Of a stretch of 64,000 nt of DNA, positions 11,540 to 22,069 are shown one piece after another. Both the position numbers and the translations under genes were made by a program. The notes below the pieces were generated by a model that did not search any database, was not told the DNA's origin, and saw nothing but the letters and a program-made list of their open reading frames with translations. Position 1 is the first letter of the stretch. Every line of letters starts with the position of its first letter. The stretch is from Octopus sinensis (Eukaryota), in the NCBI RefSeq assembly GCF_006345805.1, contig NC_043024.1:19096001-19160000 (forward strand), given 5' to 3'.

Positions 11540-11708
11540 CATATATACGACGGGCTTCTTTCAGTTTCCGTCAACCAAATCCACTCACAAGGCATTGGTC
11601 GGCCTGGGGCTATAGCAGAAGACACTTGCCCAAGATGCCACACAGCGGGACTGAACCCAGAACAATGTGTTTGGTTAGCAAGCTACTTACCACACAGCCA
11701 CTCCTGCG
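11293..11708 (-). mobile_element. SINE family B, full length
   Basis: Reverse complement of the 3044-3443 type along its whole length. Confidence 0.9.
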
Positions 11709-12386
11709 CCTATATGTACCTATTTTTAAATACTTTTATTATCAGAAATATTACTCGTAGTATTTTACCCATCAAAAATCTAAAAAAGATCAAATATTTC
11801 GATTATTTAATCTATCCGTAAATCTATACTTGCACGTACGTACACACACTCACACACAAAAATACATACACATATACACATATACACATTTACACATGCA
11901 TCATACACACGAATGCATGCATTTACAAAACCACACATACACATATTCACACATAAACTTCAACATGAGCAGATTTCATCGCTACACACACACACACATG
12001 CACACACACGTGCACCTAAATACACAGGTTAACACCTCGCTCTTCCAACACATTTATAATCATTTCTTGTCGCTGTCACCCTATAAATTCGAATCTAGTA
12101 ATGCATTGGTCTATTAAATATTGTGTGAAAAATATGTTAAATGTTATTTTAATTTTAATTCACATGCAGAAAACCTTTTTTTACATGATGTAATTGATTT
12201 GTTCATCAATAGGTGCAGGAGTGGCTGTGTGGTAAGTAGCTTGCTTACCAACCACATGGTTCCGGGTTCAGTCCCACTGCGTGGCACCTTGGGCAAGTGT
12301 CTTCTACTATAGCCTCGGGCCAACCAAAGCCTTGTGAGTGGATTTGGTAGACGGAAACTGAAAGAAGCTCGTCGTATATATGTATA

Positions 12387-12731
12387 CTAGCAGTATCGCC
12401 CGGCGTTGCTCGGGTTTGTTTCGACCCTTTAGAATTGGAATTTTTGAAAAGTAAAAAGTTTGCATTATGTAGCTTGTTATTCTCTTTAAGTGAACATTTT
12501 TCTGGCTGAAATACACCGAAAAATGGCGACACGGCAGTCAAAAAATCGTAAAAAATAGGGATTTTCATAGAAAAAAGCACCTTTTTTATGTAAATAATTT
12601 TTGGTGTTAACATGGTCTTCTATCATACTCCCAATTTTGGTCAACTTGCACCGCAGGGTCTCGGAGGAAATAGTGTTAGTTAAAGGCTACCAAACCTGCC
12701 ACACACAGACAACTTCAGCTTTATATATAGA
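12387..12731 (-). mobile_element. Non-autonomous Helitron, 345 bp
   Basis: Minus strand: A|TCTATATATAAAGCTG...CCCGAGCAACGCCGGGCGATACTGCTAG|T, i.e. 5'-TC, 3' hairpin plus CTAG, AT insertion site, no TSD; second copy at 34378. Confidence 0.85.
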
Positions 12732-12735
12732 TATA

Positions 12736-12990
12736 TATCGGTGACACGTAAAAGCACCATCCGTTCGTGGCCGTTCGCCAGCTCTGTCTGGCACCTGTGC
12801 AGGTGGCACGTAAAAAACACCCACTACACTCGCGGAGTGGTTGGCGTTAGGGAAGGGCATCCAGCCGTAGAAACACTGCCAGATCTGACTGGGCCTGACG
12901 AAGCCTTCCAGCTTCACAGACCCCAGTTGACCCGTCCAACCCATGCTAGCATGGAAAACGGACGCTAAACGATGATGATGATGATGATAT
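12736..12990 (+). mobile_element. Family C repeat (RTE 3'-UTR-derived), (GAT)n tail
   Basis: ggaagggcatccagccgtagaaac...catggaaaacggacgctaaacgatgatgatg; continuous with the RTE ORF end at 36080-36685. Confidence 0.8.
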
Positions 12991-13383
12991 ATATGTGCAT
13001 GTGTTTTGTGTGTCTGTGTTTGTCCCCCTAACATTGCTTGACAACCGATGCTGGTGTATTTATGTCCCCGTCACTTAGCAGTTCGGCAAAGAGACCAATA
13101 GAATAAGTACTGGGCTTACAAAGAGTAAGTCCTGGGGGTCGATTTGCTCGATTAAAGGTGGTGCTCCAGCGTGGCTGCAGTCAAATGACTGAAACAAGTA
13201 AAAGAGTAAAGAGTAATAACAAACATATCTGAAGCAGGTGTAGAGAACCTCAGCCCATTTGTGTTATCATATATATATATATATATAAAGTTAATCCAAA
13301 CAAGAAAGCACAAAAAAACACAATGCGAGGACGTGGAACAAATATGGTATTATTGGACGCTCTGGAAAGAAGGAAAGAAGGAG

Positions 13384-13420
13384 TGTTTAACGTTTCGAGT
13401 GGAGCTCTTCGTCAGAAACA
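13384..13420 (-). ncRNA. Minimal type-I hammerhead ribozyme motif within a ~200-bp PLE-like repeat (13290-13495)
   Basis: tgttt CUGACGA a gag-cucca-cuc GAAAC GUU aaaca; stem I 5 bp, palindromic stem III (aacgtt). Confidence 0.75.
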
Positions 13421-13838
13421 TAGGAGAAGGAAAGATCCAGAGAAGGGAAGACAGAGGAAAAAAGATCGCCAACGGTACGCACGCTGTCACATTCTCATTG
13501 ATATATATATATAAGTTCAGTAAAAACTTAGATTCAGTTGAATATGGTACTTAAGTTAAAGGCACCAGAATTTGGTATGGTACTGAACCCAAATGGTTTC
13601 TACTTCAAAGGGATCTTGATTTATGGTTCTGCCTCTTAAACTGTCTTTTTCTCTATCCATAAAAGATATATTCTTATTTCAATTAGACTTTATAAACTAG
13701 TCTATAAATTTAAACCCTCCAGTAGTAAATCTAAATAACAAAGTTAAATCAATGATAAGCAGTGTCTTCCTGTGAAAAAAAATATCACTTACAACTATGA
13801 TGTTGTTGATGAAACATGTTCTTTGTCTACCTACTTAC

Positions 13839-13868
13839 CCTCTTTGGGAACTTTGGTTAATGGAATAA
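13839..13868 (-). CDS. Candidate 30-nt symmetric micro-exon
   Basis: Acceptor attcatttttatag, consensus donor GAGG|gtaagt; sequence TTATTCCATTAACCAAAGTTCCCAAAGAGG. Confidence 0.35.
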
Positions 13869-13964
13869 CTATAAAAATGAATCCTTTGAATTTGACTAAA
13901 TTCTGTATTTTTATGCAGCTGAAGATTGCTCTACATTTTAAAACTGATGTAATATTTGCATTGT

Positions 13965-14210
13965 TCAAGGGCTTCCTCCTCAGAGTGAAAGGCAGATTGT
14001 ATGATGCCTGTGTGTGAACAGCCATGCTACAAAGTAGTGAAGCACAGGCTGTAACCAACAAGGACATGCGTAGGCTTGAAAGAAATGAAGCTAGTATGCT
14101 TTGCTGGATGTGTAGTGTCAGTGTGAATGTATGACAGAGTGTAAATGTCTTAAAAGCAAAGTTGGGCATAAGAGGCATCAGATGTGGTGTGCAAGAGAGA
14201 TGACTTTTTC
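13965..14210 (+). pseudogene. RTE-clade LINE ORF fragment (post-RT region)
   Basis: LRVKGRLYDACV*TAML..SE...MRRLERNEASMLCWMCSVSV...KLGIRGIRCGVQER. Confidence 0.75.
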
Positions 14211-14511
14211 TTATTCTAGCAGCTACACTCTGAGTATCTGCCTCTGCTACTGATTTGGTCACCTAAGGTAATGGAAGCTATCACCTAGTTCTACTTATTT
14301 TCCCTAGTATTTTCCCCGTTAATCTTCTTCTGATATTGCGGCATCTCTTACGTGTCCATAGCTTGTGCTGGGTCCATCTTATGGATTATATATACAATTA
14401 TAAATTATTTAATGGGAAAGTTTACGAAAATAAACAAAAGACGAAGGCAGGTGGAGTACAAACAAACAAATGTATTAGTATAGCGCTCAGAAATAGAAAA
14501 AATAGAAAAGG

Positions 14512-14549
14512 TCTTTTACGTTTCGAGCCTATGCTCTTCGACAGAAAGA
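14512..14549 (-). ncRNA. Hammerhead motif, probably inactive (A6U), in a PLE-like repeat (~14400-14600)
   Basis: tcttt CUGUCGA a gagc-auag-gcuc GAAAC GUA aaaga. Confidence 0.6.
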
Positions 14550-14653
14550 TACACAGAAAAAAACAAGGAGAGAAAAAAATGTGTACAGGAGCTAACGATC
14601 TTTAGGTGGTTATTCATAATTTAGAACCAATAGGTAACAAGTACAGTTGTCAC

Positions 14654-14690
14654 CAAAGCAACAGGAAGATGCTAGTAAGCACCAACATTG
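14654..14690 (-). CDS. Candidate 37-nt exon with ATG and hydrophobic stretch (signal-peptide-like)
   Basis: Acceptor gatttgttttgactcttatttctag|CA ATG TTG GTG CTT ACT AGC ATC TTC CTG TTG CTT TG|gtgaca gives MLVLTSIFLLL. Confidence 0.3.
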
Positions 14691-14956
14691 CTAGAAATAA
14701 GAGTCAAAACAAATCTTAGCCATGTGAAGAATATATATATTCTTCCTTATACTATATTAGTGTAGAAAAAAATTGACAAAAATCAATGAAATACATGCAC
14801 ACATACACAAAACATACAAACAAATAAATTCCAGAGGAACCAAAATTATTTTAGCAAGTTGAGTGGAACAGTTTCTCAGGATTTTTTTTTAAGTAGTGAG
14901 AGAAATGCGTGCGTGTCTTGTCGAAAACACGATGATGATGATGATGAAAGAAATAG

Positions 14957-15198
14957 TAATAATAATAATAGCAATAAATTGAATAATATTGATAATAATA
15001 GTGATAGTAATTTTAATAATAATAATAATAATAATAATAGTAATAATAATAATAGTAATAATAAATAATAGTAATATCAATGATAATAATAATAATGATA
15101 ATAATAATAATAATAGTAATATCAATGATAATAATAATAATAATAATAATAAATAATAGTAATTTCAATGATAATAATAATAATAATAATAATAAATA

Positions 15199-15239
<41 letters not shown>

Positions 15240-15303
15240 TAGTAATAATAAATAATAGTAATATCAATGATAATAATAATAATAATAATAGTAATAATAA
15301 ATA

Positions 15304-15344
<41 letters not shown>

Positions 15345-15451
15345 TAGTAATTTCAATGATAATAGTAATAATAATAATAATAAATAATAGTAATAATAAT
15401 AATAGTAATAATAAATAATAGTAATAATAATAATAATAGTAATAATAAATA

Positions 15452-15489
<38 letters not shown>

Positions 15490-15519
15490 TAGTAATAATA
15501 ATAATAATAATAATAAATA

Positions 15520-15554
<35 letters not shown>

Positions 15555-15609
15555 TAATAATAGTAATAATAAATAATAGTAATAATAATAATAATAGTAA
15601 TAATAAATA

Positions 15610-15650
<41 letters not shown>

Positions 15651-15672
15651 TAGTAATAATAATAGTAAGTAA
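14957..15672. repeat. ~700-bp cryptic (AAT)n satellite with AAAT/AGT variants
   Basis: Direct reading; recurring sub-blocks aataaataatagtaata and atcaatgataataat. Confidence 0.95.
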
Positions 15673-15966
15673 TGAAAATGAAAACGGATAGAGGGGGAGA
15701 GAGAAAAGGAAATGAGGAAAGAAGAAATGGTAAGATCAAAATTCTGAGATCAGAAGTGGAGATTTATGTTACAAGAACTGCTACATTTCACCACTTAATT
15801 TATTGAATATTTAACGATAAATCAGTAAAAAAAAAAAAAAAAAATTCATTTTTTTTTTTTCCTTCTTAATATTTTGAGGTGGGGGAAAAAATTTCTTTTC
15901 AACTTGAATACATCATATACAAATAGTTTCTGATTGAAATATGATGGAAGTTTAATTGACTTTCAA

Positions 15967-16002
<36 letters not shown>

Positions 16003-16297
16003 GCTGTTTGGTTCTAAATTTTTTCCAAGAAATATTTGAATACCTATGTTTTTAAAAGTGCAAGTAATGCATAGACTAAGACACACACACAAACATATAA
16101 ATAAACACATACAGATAAAGGGTTAGTGACACAAGTCTATATGTGTACAAAGCATAAATACGTTTTGGGTTTCATGGTTTCAAGTTATGAAAATATCCCA
16201 AACACAAATTGAAATATGATAGCAATTTAAGGGACTTTTAAATTATTATTATCATCATTATTATTATTAATTATTATTATCAAATTATTATTATTAT

Positions 16298-16693
16298 AGG
16301 CGTAGGAGTGGTTGTGTGGTAAGTAGCTTGCTTACGAACCACATTGCTCCGGGTTCAGTCACACTGCGTGGCACCTTGGGTAACTGTCTTCTACTATAGC
16401 CTCAGGCCGACCAAAGCCTTGTGAGTGGATTTGGTAGACGGAAATAGAAAGAAGCCCATCCTATATATGTATATATATGTATGTGCGTGTCTGTGTTTGT
16501 CCCCCCAACACCGCTTGACAACTGATGTTGGTGTGTTTATGTCCCCGTAACTTAGTGGTTCGGCAAAAAAGAGACCGCTAAAATAAGTACTAGGCTTACA
16601 AAGAATAAGTCCTGGGGTCGATTTGATCGACTAAAGGTGGTGCTCCAGCATGGCCACAGTCACATGACTGAAACAAGTAAAAGAGTAAGAGTA
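16298..16693 (+). mobile_element. SINE family B, full length
   Basis: ggcgtaggagtggttgtgtggtaag ... gaaacaagtaaaagagtaagagt. Confidence 0.9.
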
Positions 16694-16767
16694 TTGTTAT
16701 CATTATTATAATTATTATCATTATTATTATTGGCCTTGTGACAAAATTTGAAACCCTTATTATCATT

Positions 16768-17292
16768 GAGTGAGAGAGAAGTGCATGCCATCAAGGTGAC
16801 ACTGGGATAAGATATATGAAGCCCAGTATATCTATCATGAGTACCCGTCTAATTAGGGTACACCAGACACATACATCACAACCATATATGCTTAACATGG
16901 TGAATTCATATCAAGATAAACAGTGCATGACCTTGGAGGCGGGGCCCTGTTAGTTTTCTTCAGGTCCCTGAATGAGGATTGTTTAAGGATGTTGAATGAA
17001 ATATCCATTTTTCCAGAGGGGAATTATCTAAACCACAAATAATCCCTCTCAACACATAGCTATGATGCTCCCCCACTACTTCTGCTTATGATCAGAGATG
17101 CGCATATTGTCAGCCACCAAGGGACATGCTCAACTGGTTTAAGTTAAACAGCTGACAGGCAAATCTCTGGTATTGAGCAGAATATTTGCTGTGGTCTATC
17201 CTTTATACCAAGACAAAACTATGTACATGATAACAATTTCAGTCAGTTAAGATCAGAAGCCATGAGAGCCATTGCCTGGTATTGCATCAAGC
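16768..17292. mobile_element. Family D element (diverged copy)
   Basis: Aligns end to end with 1596-2130. Confidence 0.8.
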
Positions 17293-17304
17293 TATCAATA
17301 TTCT

Positions 17305-17720
17305 TTCACTCTTTCACTTGTTCCAGTCATTTGACTGCGGCCATGCTGGAGCACCGCCTTTAGTTGAGCAAATCGACTCCAGGACTTATTCTTTGTAGGC
17401 CTAGTACTTATTCTATTGGTCTCTTTTGCTGAACCACTAAGTTACAGGGATGTAAACACACCAGCATCGGTAGTCAAGCGATGTTGGGGGGTACAAACAA
17501 ACACACACACACATACATATGTACATACATATATATATATATACACACACATAAATATATATATATACGATGGGCTTCTTTTAGTTTCCGTCTACCAAAT
17601 CCACTCACAAGGCTTTGGTCAGCCCGAGGCTATAGTAGAAGACACTTGCCCTAGGTGCCATGGACTGAACCCGGAACCATGTGGTTGTTAAGCAAGCTAC
17701 TTACCACAAAGCCACTCCTA
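17305..17720 (-). mobile_element. SINE family B, full length
   Basis: Reverse complement of the family B consensus. Confidence 0.85.
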
Positions 17721-18129
17721 CACCTATAAAATTATTATTATTATTATCATCATTTTTATTATTACTATTATTATTATATGAAGAGCACAATGCAATTGTC
17801 ATAGATATTTTATTGGATATGAATGATATTTTGACAGCTTGTCTGTCTTTGTCATGTCCAATATTGTTCAAACCAGTAAAATATCTCTTGCGATTGCATC
17901 AAGCACTTTATATTGTCTATTTACCTTTGTGAGGAGTTACGCCAATCCTTTTGAAATATCCTCATCATCATCATCAACACCATCATCAACATCCTCATCA
18001 TCATCAACATCAATGTCATCATCATCATCAATGTCATCAACATCATCATCAACAACATCATTATCGACATCAACATCGACATCATCATCATCATCATCAA
18101 CATCATCATCAATATCATCAATATCATTG

Positions 18130-19230
18130 TCCAGCTGGCAGAATTGTTAGCATGTTGGACAAAATTCTTAGCAGTATTTCGCCTGTTGCTAAGTTCTGAG
18201 TTCAAATTCTGCCGAGGTCGACTTTGCCTTTCAACCTTTCAGACTCAATAAATTAAGCACCAGTTGAGTATTTGGGTCGATGTAATCGTTTGTCTCCCCA
18301 ACTAAAAAAATCCAGGCCTTGTGCCTATAATGAAAAGAATTATTATTATTATTATTATTATTATTATGAAGATAGTGAGCTGTCAGAATTCTTGGCATCC
18401 CGGGTGAAATGCTTTGCAGTTTTTCATGTCTTTACATTCTGACCTCAAATTCTGCCAAGGATGACTTTGTCTTTCATCTTTCAAGGTTAATAAAATAAGC
18501 ACCAGTTGTGTACTGGGGTTGATTTAATTGACTTAACCCTTCCTTGAACTTGCTGAACATGTGCCAAAATTTGAAACCATTTTTATTATTATATGTAAAA
18601 GAAAGTAGAGAAATAAATAATAAATAAATAGATTCCCTAATAGTGGGGCTGTCCACTTTGAATAATCTGGGGTAAACTCCACACAAAAATCCCAGATTAC
18701 TCTGCTATCTCCGAGGTGGTGTAATCTTCTGGTTTCTTTCTGCCTGAATAGAGAAGCATATTCAGAGTAGATCCATTCAGTCTCCCCAGTCTTACCAATG
18801 TCGACCATCTTTTGATTAGGCGGCGAGCTGGCAGAAATGTTAGCACGCTGGATGAAATACTTAGTGGTATTTCGCCTGCCGCTATGTTCTGAGTTCAGAT
18901 TCCGCCGAGGTCGACTTTGACATTCATCCTTTCGGGATCGATTAAATAAGTACCAGTTATGCACTGGGGTGGATATAATCGACTTAATCCGTTTGTCTGT
19001 CCTTGTTTGTCCCCTCTGTGTTTAGCCCCTTGTGGGTAGTAAAGAAATAGGTATTTCGTCTGCCGTTACGTTCTGAGTTCAAATTCCGCCGAGGTCGACT
19101 TTACCTTTCATCCTTTCGTTGTCGATAAATTAAGTACCAGTTACGCACTGGGGTCGATATAATCATCTTAATCCGTTTGTCTGTCCTTGTTTGTCCTGTC
19201 AGTGTTTAGCCCCTTCTGGGTAGTAAAGAA
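18130..19230 (+). mobile_element. Cluster of SINE family A copies, including a tandem dimer at 18820-19230
   Basis: Heads at ~18130, 18365 and 18820; junction aaagaaata|ggtatttcgtc at ~19050. Confidence 0.8.
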
Positions 19231-19239
19231 ATGGATTAT

Positions 19240-19800
19240 CACATTAAAAGGTATCACCTCCCTCCCTACCTTCCCCTTCCACTTCAAATGATAGTTGAAG
19301 AAATTGATGAAGGCTTGGCAAGGTAGGAAAATGCCTGTCTTCAAAGCTTTCAGATGGGTTCACCACAGCGACGAAGCAGACAAAGATCTGCTTTCCTTCT
19401 CTGCTAATGGTAGACAGCTGAATTTGTCTTACACATAACAACAGTTGCTCCATGCAATCCCACAACACTTTAATGTATGGGCCCTCAATTATTGCATGCA
19501 GGATAGTTTCATCCCCTTACAAGCATCTCAGACAGGTTCGGCTGTTGATACCTGAAGAACTTGTCTCAAACAGGTAATGCCCCTCTGTAGCACTGCAAGC
19601 CAAAGACTTTTCGAAATTGTCTGTGATCTTTGACCCAAAAGTCCTCTGGAAGCAACTACTCAGACTGTTCCTGCCGATGCCAAGATTCAATCCAAGGCCA
19701 TCATCAATCATGCCCTCAACTAGCCCCCTATAGAAATCTTGGGTTGTTTTCCTATTAAGGGTTTTGGGCAGCTGTTTTTGTTTTGTCATTTTTTTTGTTT
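19240..19800 (-). pseudogene. L1/Tx1-like LINE ORF2 C-terminal (zf-RVT-like) fragment
   Basis: RTCLRCL*GDETILHAIIEGPYIKVLWDCMEQLL resembles the C..C....ET..H....C.....LW zinc finger. Confidence 0.55.
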
Positions 19801-19885
19801 TTTACTGCTGTAACTCGTCCTTCAATATTTTCCTCTAGGTCTTGGGCCCTTGTGGCCAATAAAAGAAATTATTATTATTATTATT

Positions 19886-20423
19886 GAGTGAGAGAACAGT
19901 GCATTCCATCAAAGTGACACTGGGGTAAAATATACAAAGCCCAGTATACCCATCATGACTACCCGTCTGATAAGGGTACACCAGGCACATGCATTACAAC
20001 CATATGTGTGCAACATGGTGATCTCATATCAAGATAAACAGCACATGACCTTGTAGAATTTTCTTCTGGTCAAGTAGCCCATCCTGCTCAAAAGGTCCCT
20101 GAATAAGGGTTGTTTAAGGATGTTGAACGAAACACCCATGTTTCCAGAGGTGAATTATTCAAACCCCTAAGGATTCTCCTCAACACATGGCTATGATGCT
20201 CCCCCACTACTTCTTCTTGTGATCAGAGATGCACATATCGTCAGCCACTAAGGGACATGCTCAACTGGTTAAGGTCAAACAACTGACAAGCAAATCTGTG
20301 GTATTGAGCAGAATATTTGCTGTAGCCCATCTTTTATACCAAGACAAAACAATGTACATGATAACACTTCCAATCAGTTAAGATCAGAAGCCATGAGAGC
20401 CACTGCCTGGTACTGCATCAGGG
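19886..20423. mobile_element. Family D element
   Basis: Aligns end to end with 1596-2130; (ATT)n on both sides. Confidence 0.85.
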
Positions 20424-20435
20424 TATTGGTACTGC

Positions 20436-20467
<32 letters not shown>

Positions 20468-21188
20468 TATTCTGTTTGGCTTTTGCTTCGTATTAATACA
20501 AGTTGACTTCAAGTATAATTCAGAGACCTCAAGAGATAACAAGTTAGAAGTTCAAGTCTGTATTATGATAAGGGTACCATAATTTTGGTTTTGCACAGAG
20601 TATCGTTTTAAAGAATGTCCGTCAAAATATAAGAAAATTAAAAGTTTGTCTTAGAAATAATTTGATAATGAGATGATAGTCTGATGTTAAGGTGACAGTA
20701 AAAAGTGTTTGCTGTTATGTACATTTAAAAGTACTTTTGATAATGTTTATAGATTAAAATGTCTTTGGAATCACATATACATATGACTGACAGCAAGTCA
20801 TATGTATATAAGTGGCAGGGGCAGTAATGCAATATTTTCATGTAAGACAAGAAAGACATTTGAATTGATAGGATTTTTCTAAGGACATGTGCAGTACTTA
20901 TCAGTAGAATCTTTTGGATTTTTCTGATACATGGTTCTCCTGGGATGTTACTCTTTTAATTGTTTCAGTCATTTCACTGAGGCCATGCAGGAGCACTGCC
21001 TTTAGTCGAGCAAATCGACACCTAGGACTTATTCTTTGTAACCCTAGTACTTATTCTATCAGTCTCTTTTGCCCAACCACTAAGTTACAGGGACGTAAAC
21101 ACACCAGCATCAGTTGTCAAGCAATGTTGGGGGTCAGACACACAAACATATACACATACATACATACACACACACATATATATATATA

Positions 21189-21373
21189 CCGGAGTAAACA
21201 CATAAATGTGAAACAAGGTGGAAAAAAGAGTACTCAAATACCAGTGGTAGAGTAATATGCTTTATTTAAAGCAGCAGAAAATTCAACAAAACCTGTTAAT
21301 CTGAGTTTCCCGAATGGCAATGGGAAACTCGGAGTAACAGGTTTTGTTGAATTTTCTACTGCTTTAATTAAAG
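21189..21373. mobile_element. Palindromic MITE/foldback fragment inserted in the (TA)n of a split SINE B (20950-21592)
   Basis: Terminus ta|ccggagtaaacacataaatgtg; internal inverted repeat aaagcagcagaaaattcaacaaaacctgtt...aacaggttttgttgaattttctactgcttt; second copy at 63716-63941. Confidence 0.75.
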
Positions 21374-21401
21374 TATATATATATATATAAGTATATATAT
21401 A

Positions 21402-21458
<57 letters not shown>

Positions 21459-21675
21459 ACTTCTTTCAGTTTCTGTTTACCAAATCCACTCACAAGGCGG
21501 CCCAAGACTGTAGTAGAAGACACTTGCCCAAGGTGCCATGCAGTGGGACTGAACCCAGAACCATGTGGTTCGTAAGGAAGCTACTTACCACTATGTTGTC
21601 CACATGTTTTTTATCATATCTAGGGAACCTACAATAACAGGAACAGTTCTTACTTGAAGATGCCACATTTTTGTG

Positions 21676-21718
<43 letters not shown>

Positions 21719-22069
21719 CATGTTTGCATGTTGACACTAACTTTTTCTAAGAAATATCATCTGAATACCAATGTTTTTGAAAGTGCAAATCATGCACACA
21801 CAGAAACACATACAAGCATACGAACAGACACAGAAAGATAGAGGGACACGCACACACACACACACACACACACCCCCCACGCGTGTGTGTGTGAAATATA
21901 AATCTATACAAATTGTGAAAATATCACACATAAATTGATAAATGAAGGAAATTCAATTGACCTTTAAAGGATGATGATCATCACCATCATTATCATCATC
22001 ATCAACCTTATTATTAAAGTTGTTACTACTACTACTATTACCACTACTACTACTACTACTACTATTAAT

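Larger units (their letters stand above)
12211..13215 (+). mobile_element. SINE family B split at its internal (TA)n by a Helitron and a family C repeat
   Basis: Head half 12211-12385; 3' half ~13010-13215. Confidence 0.8.
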
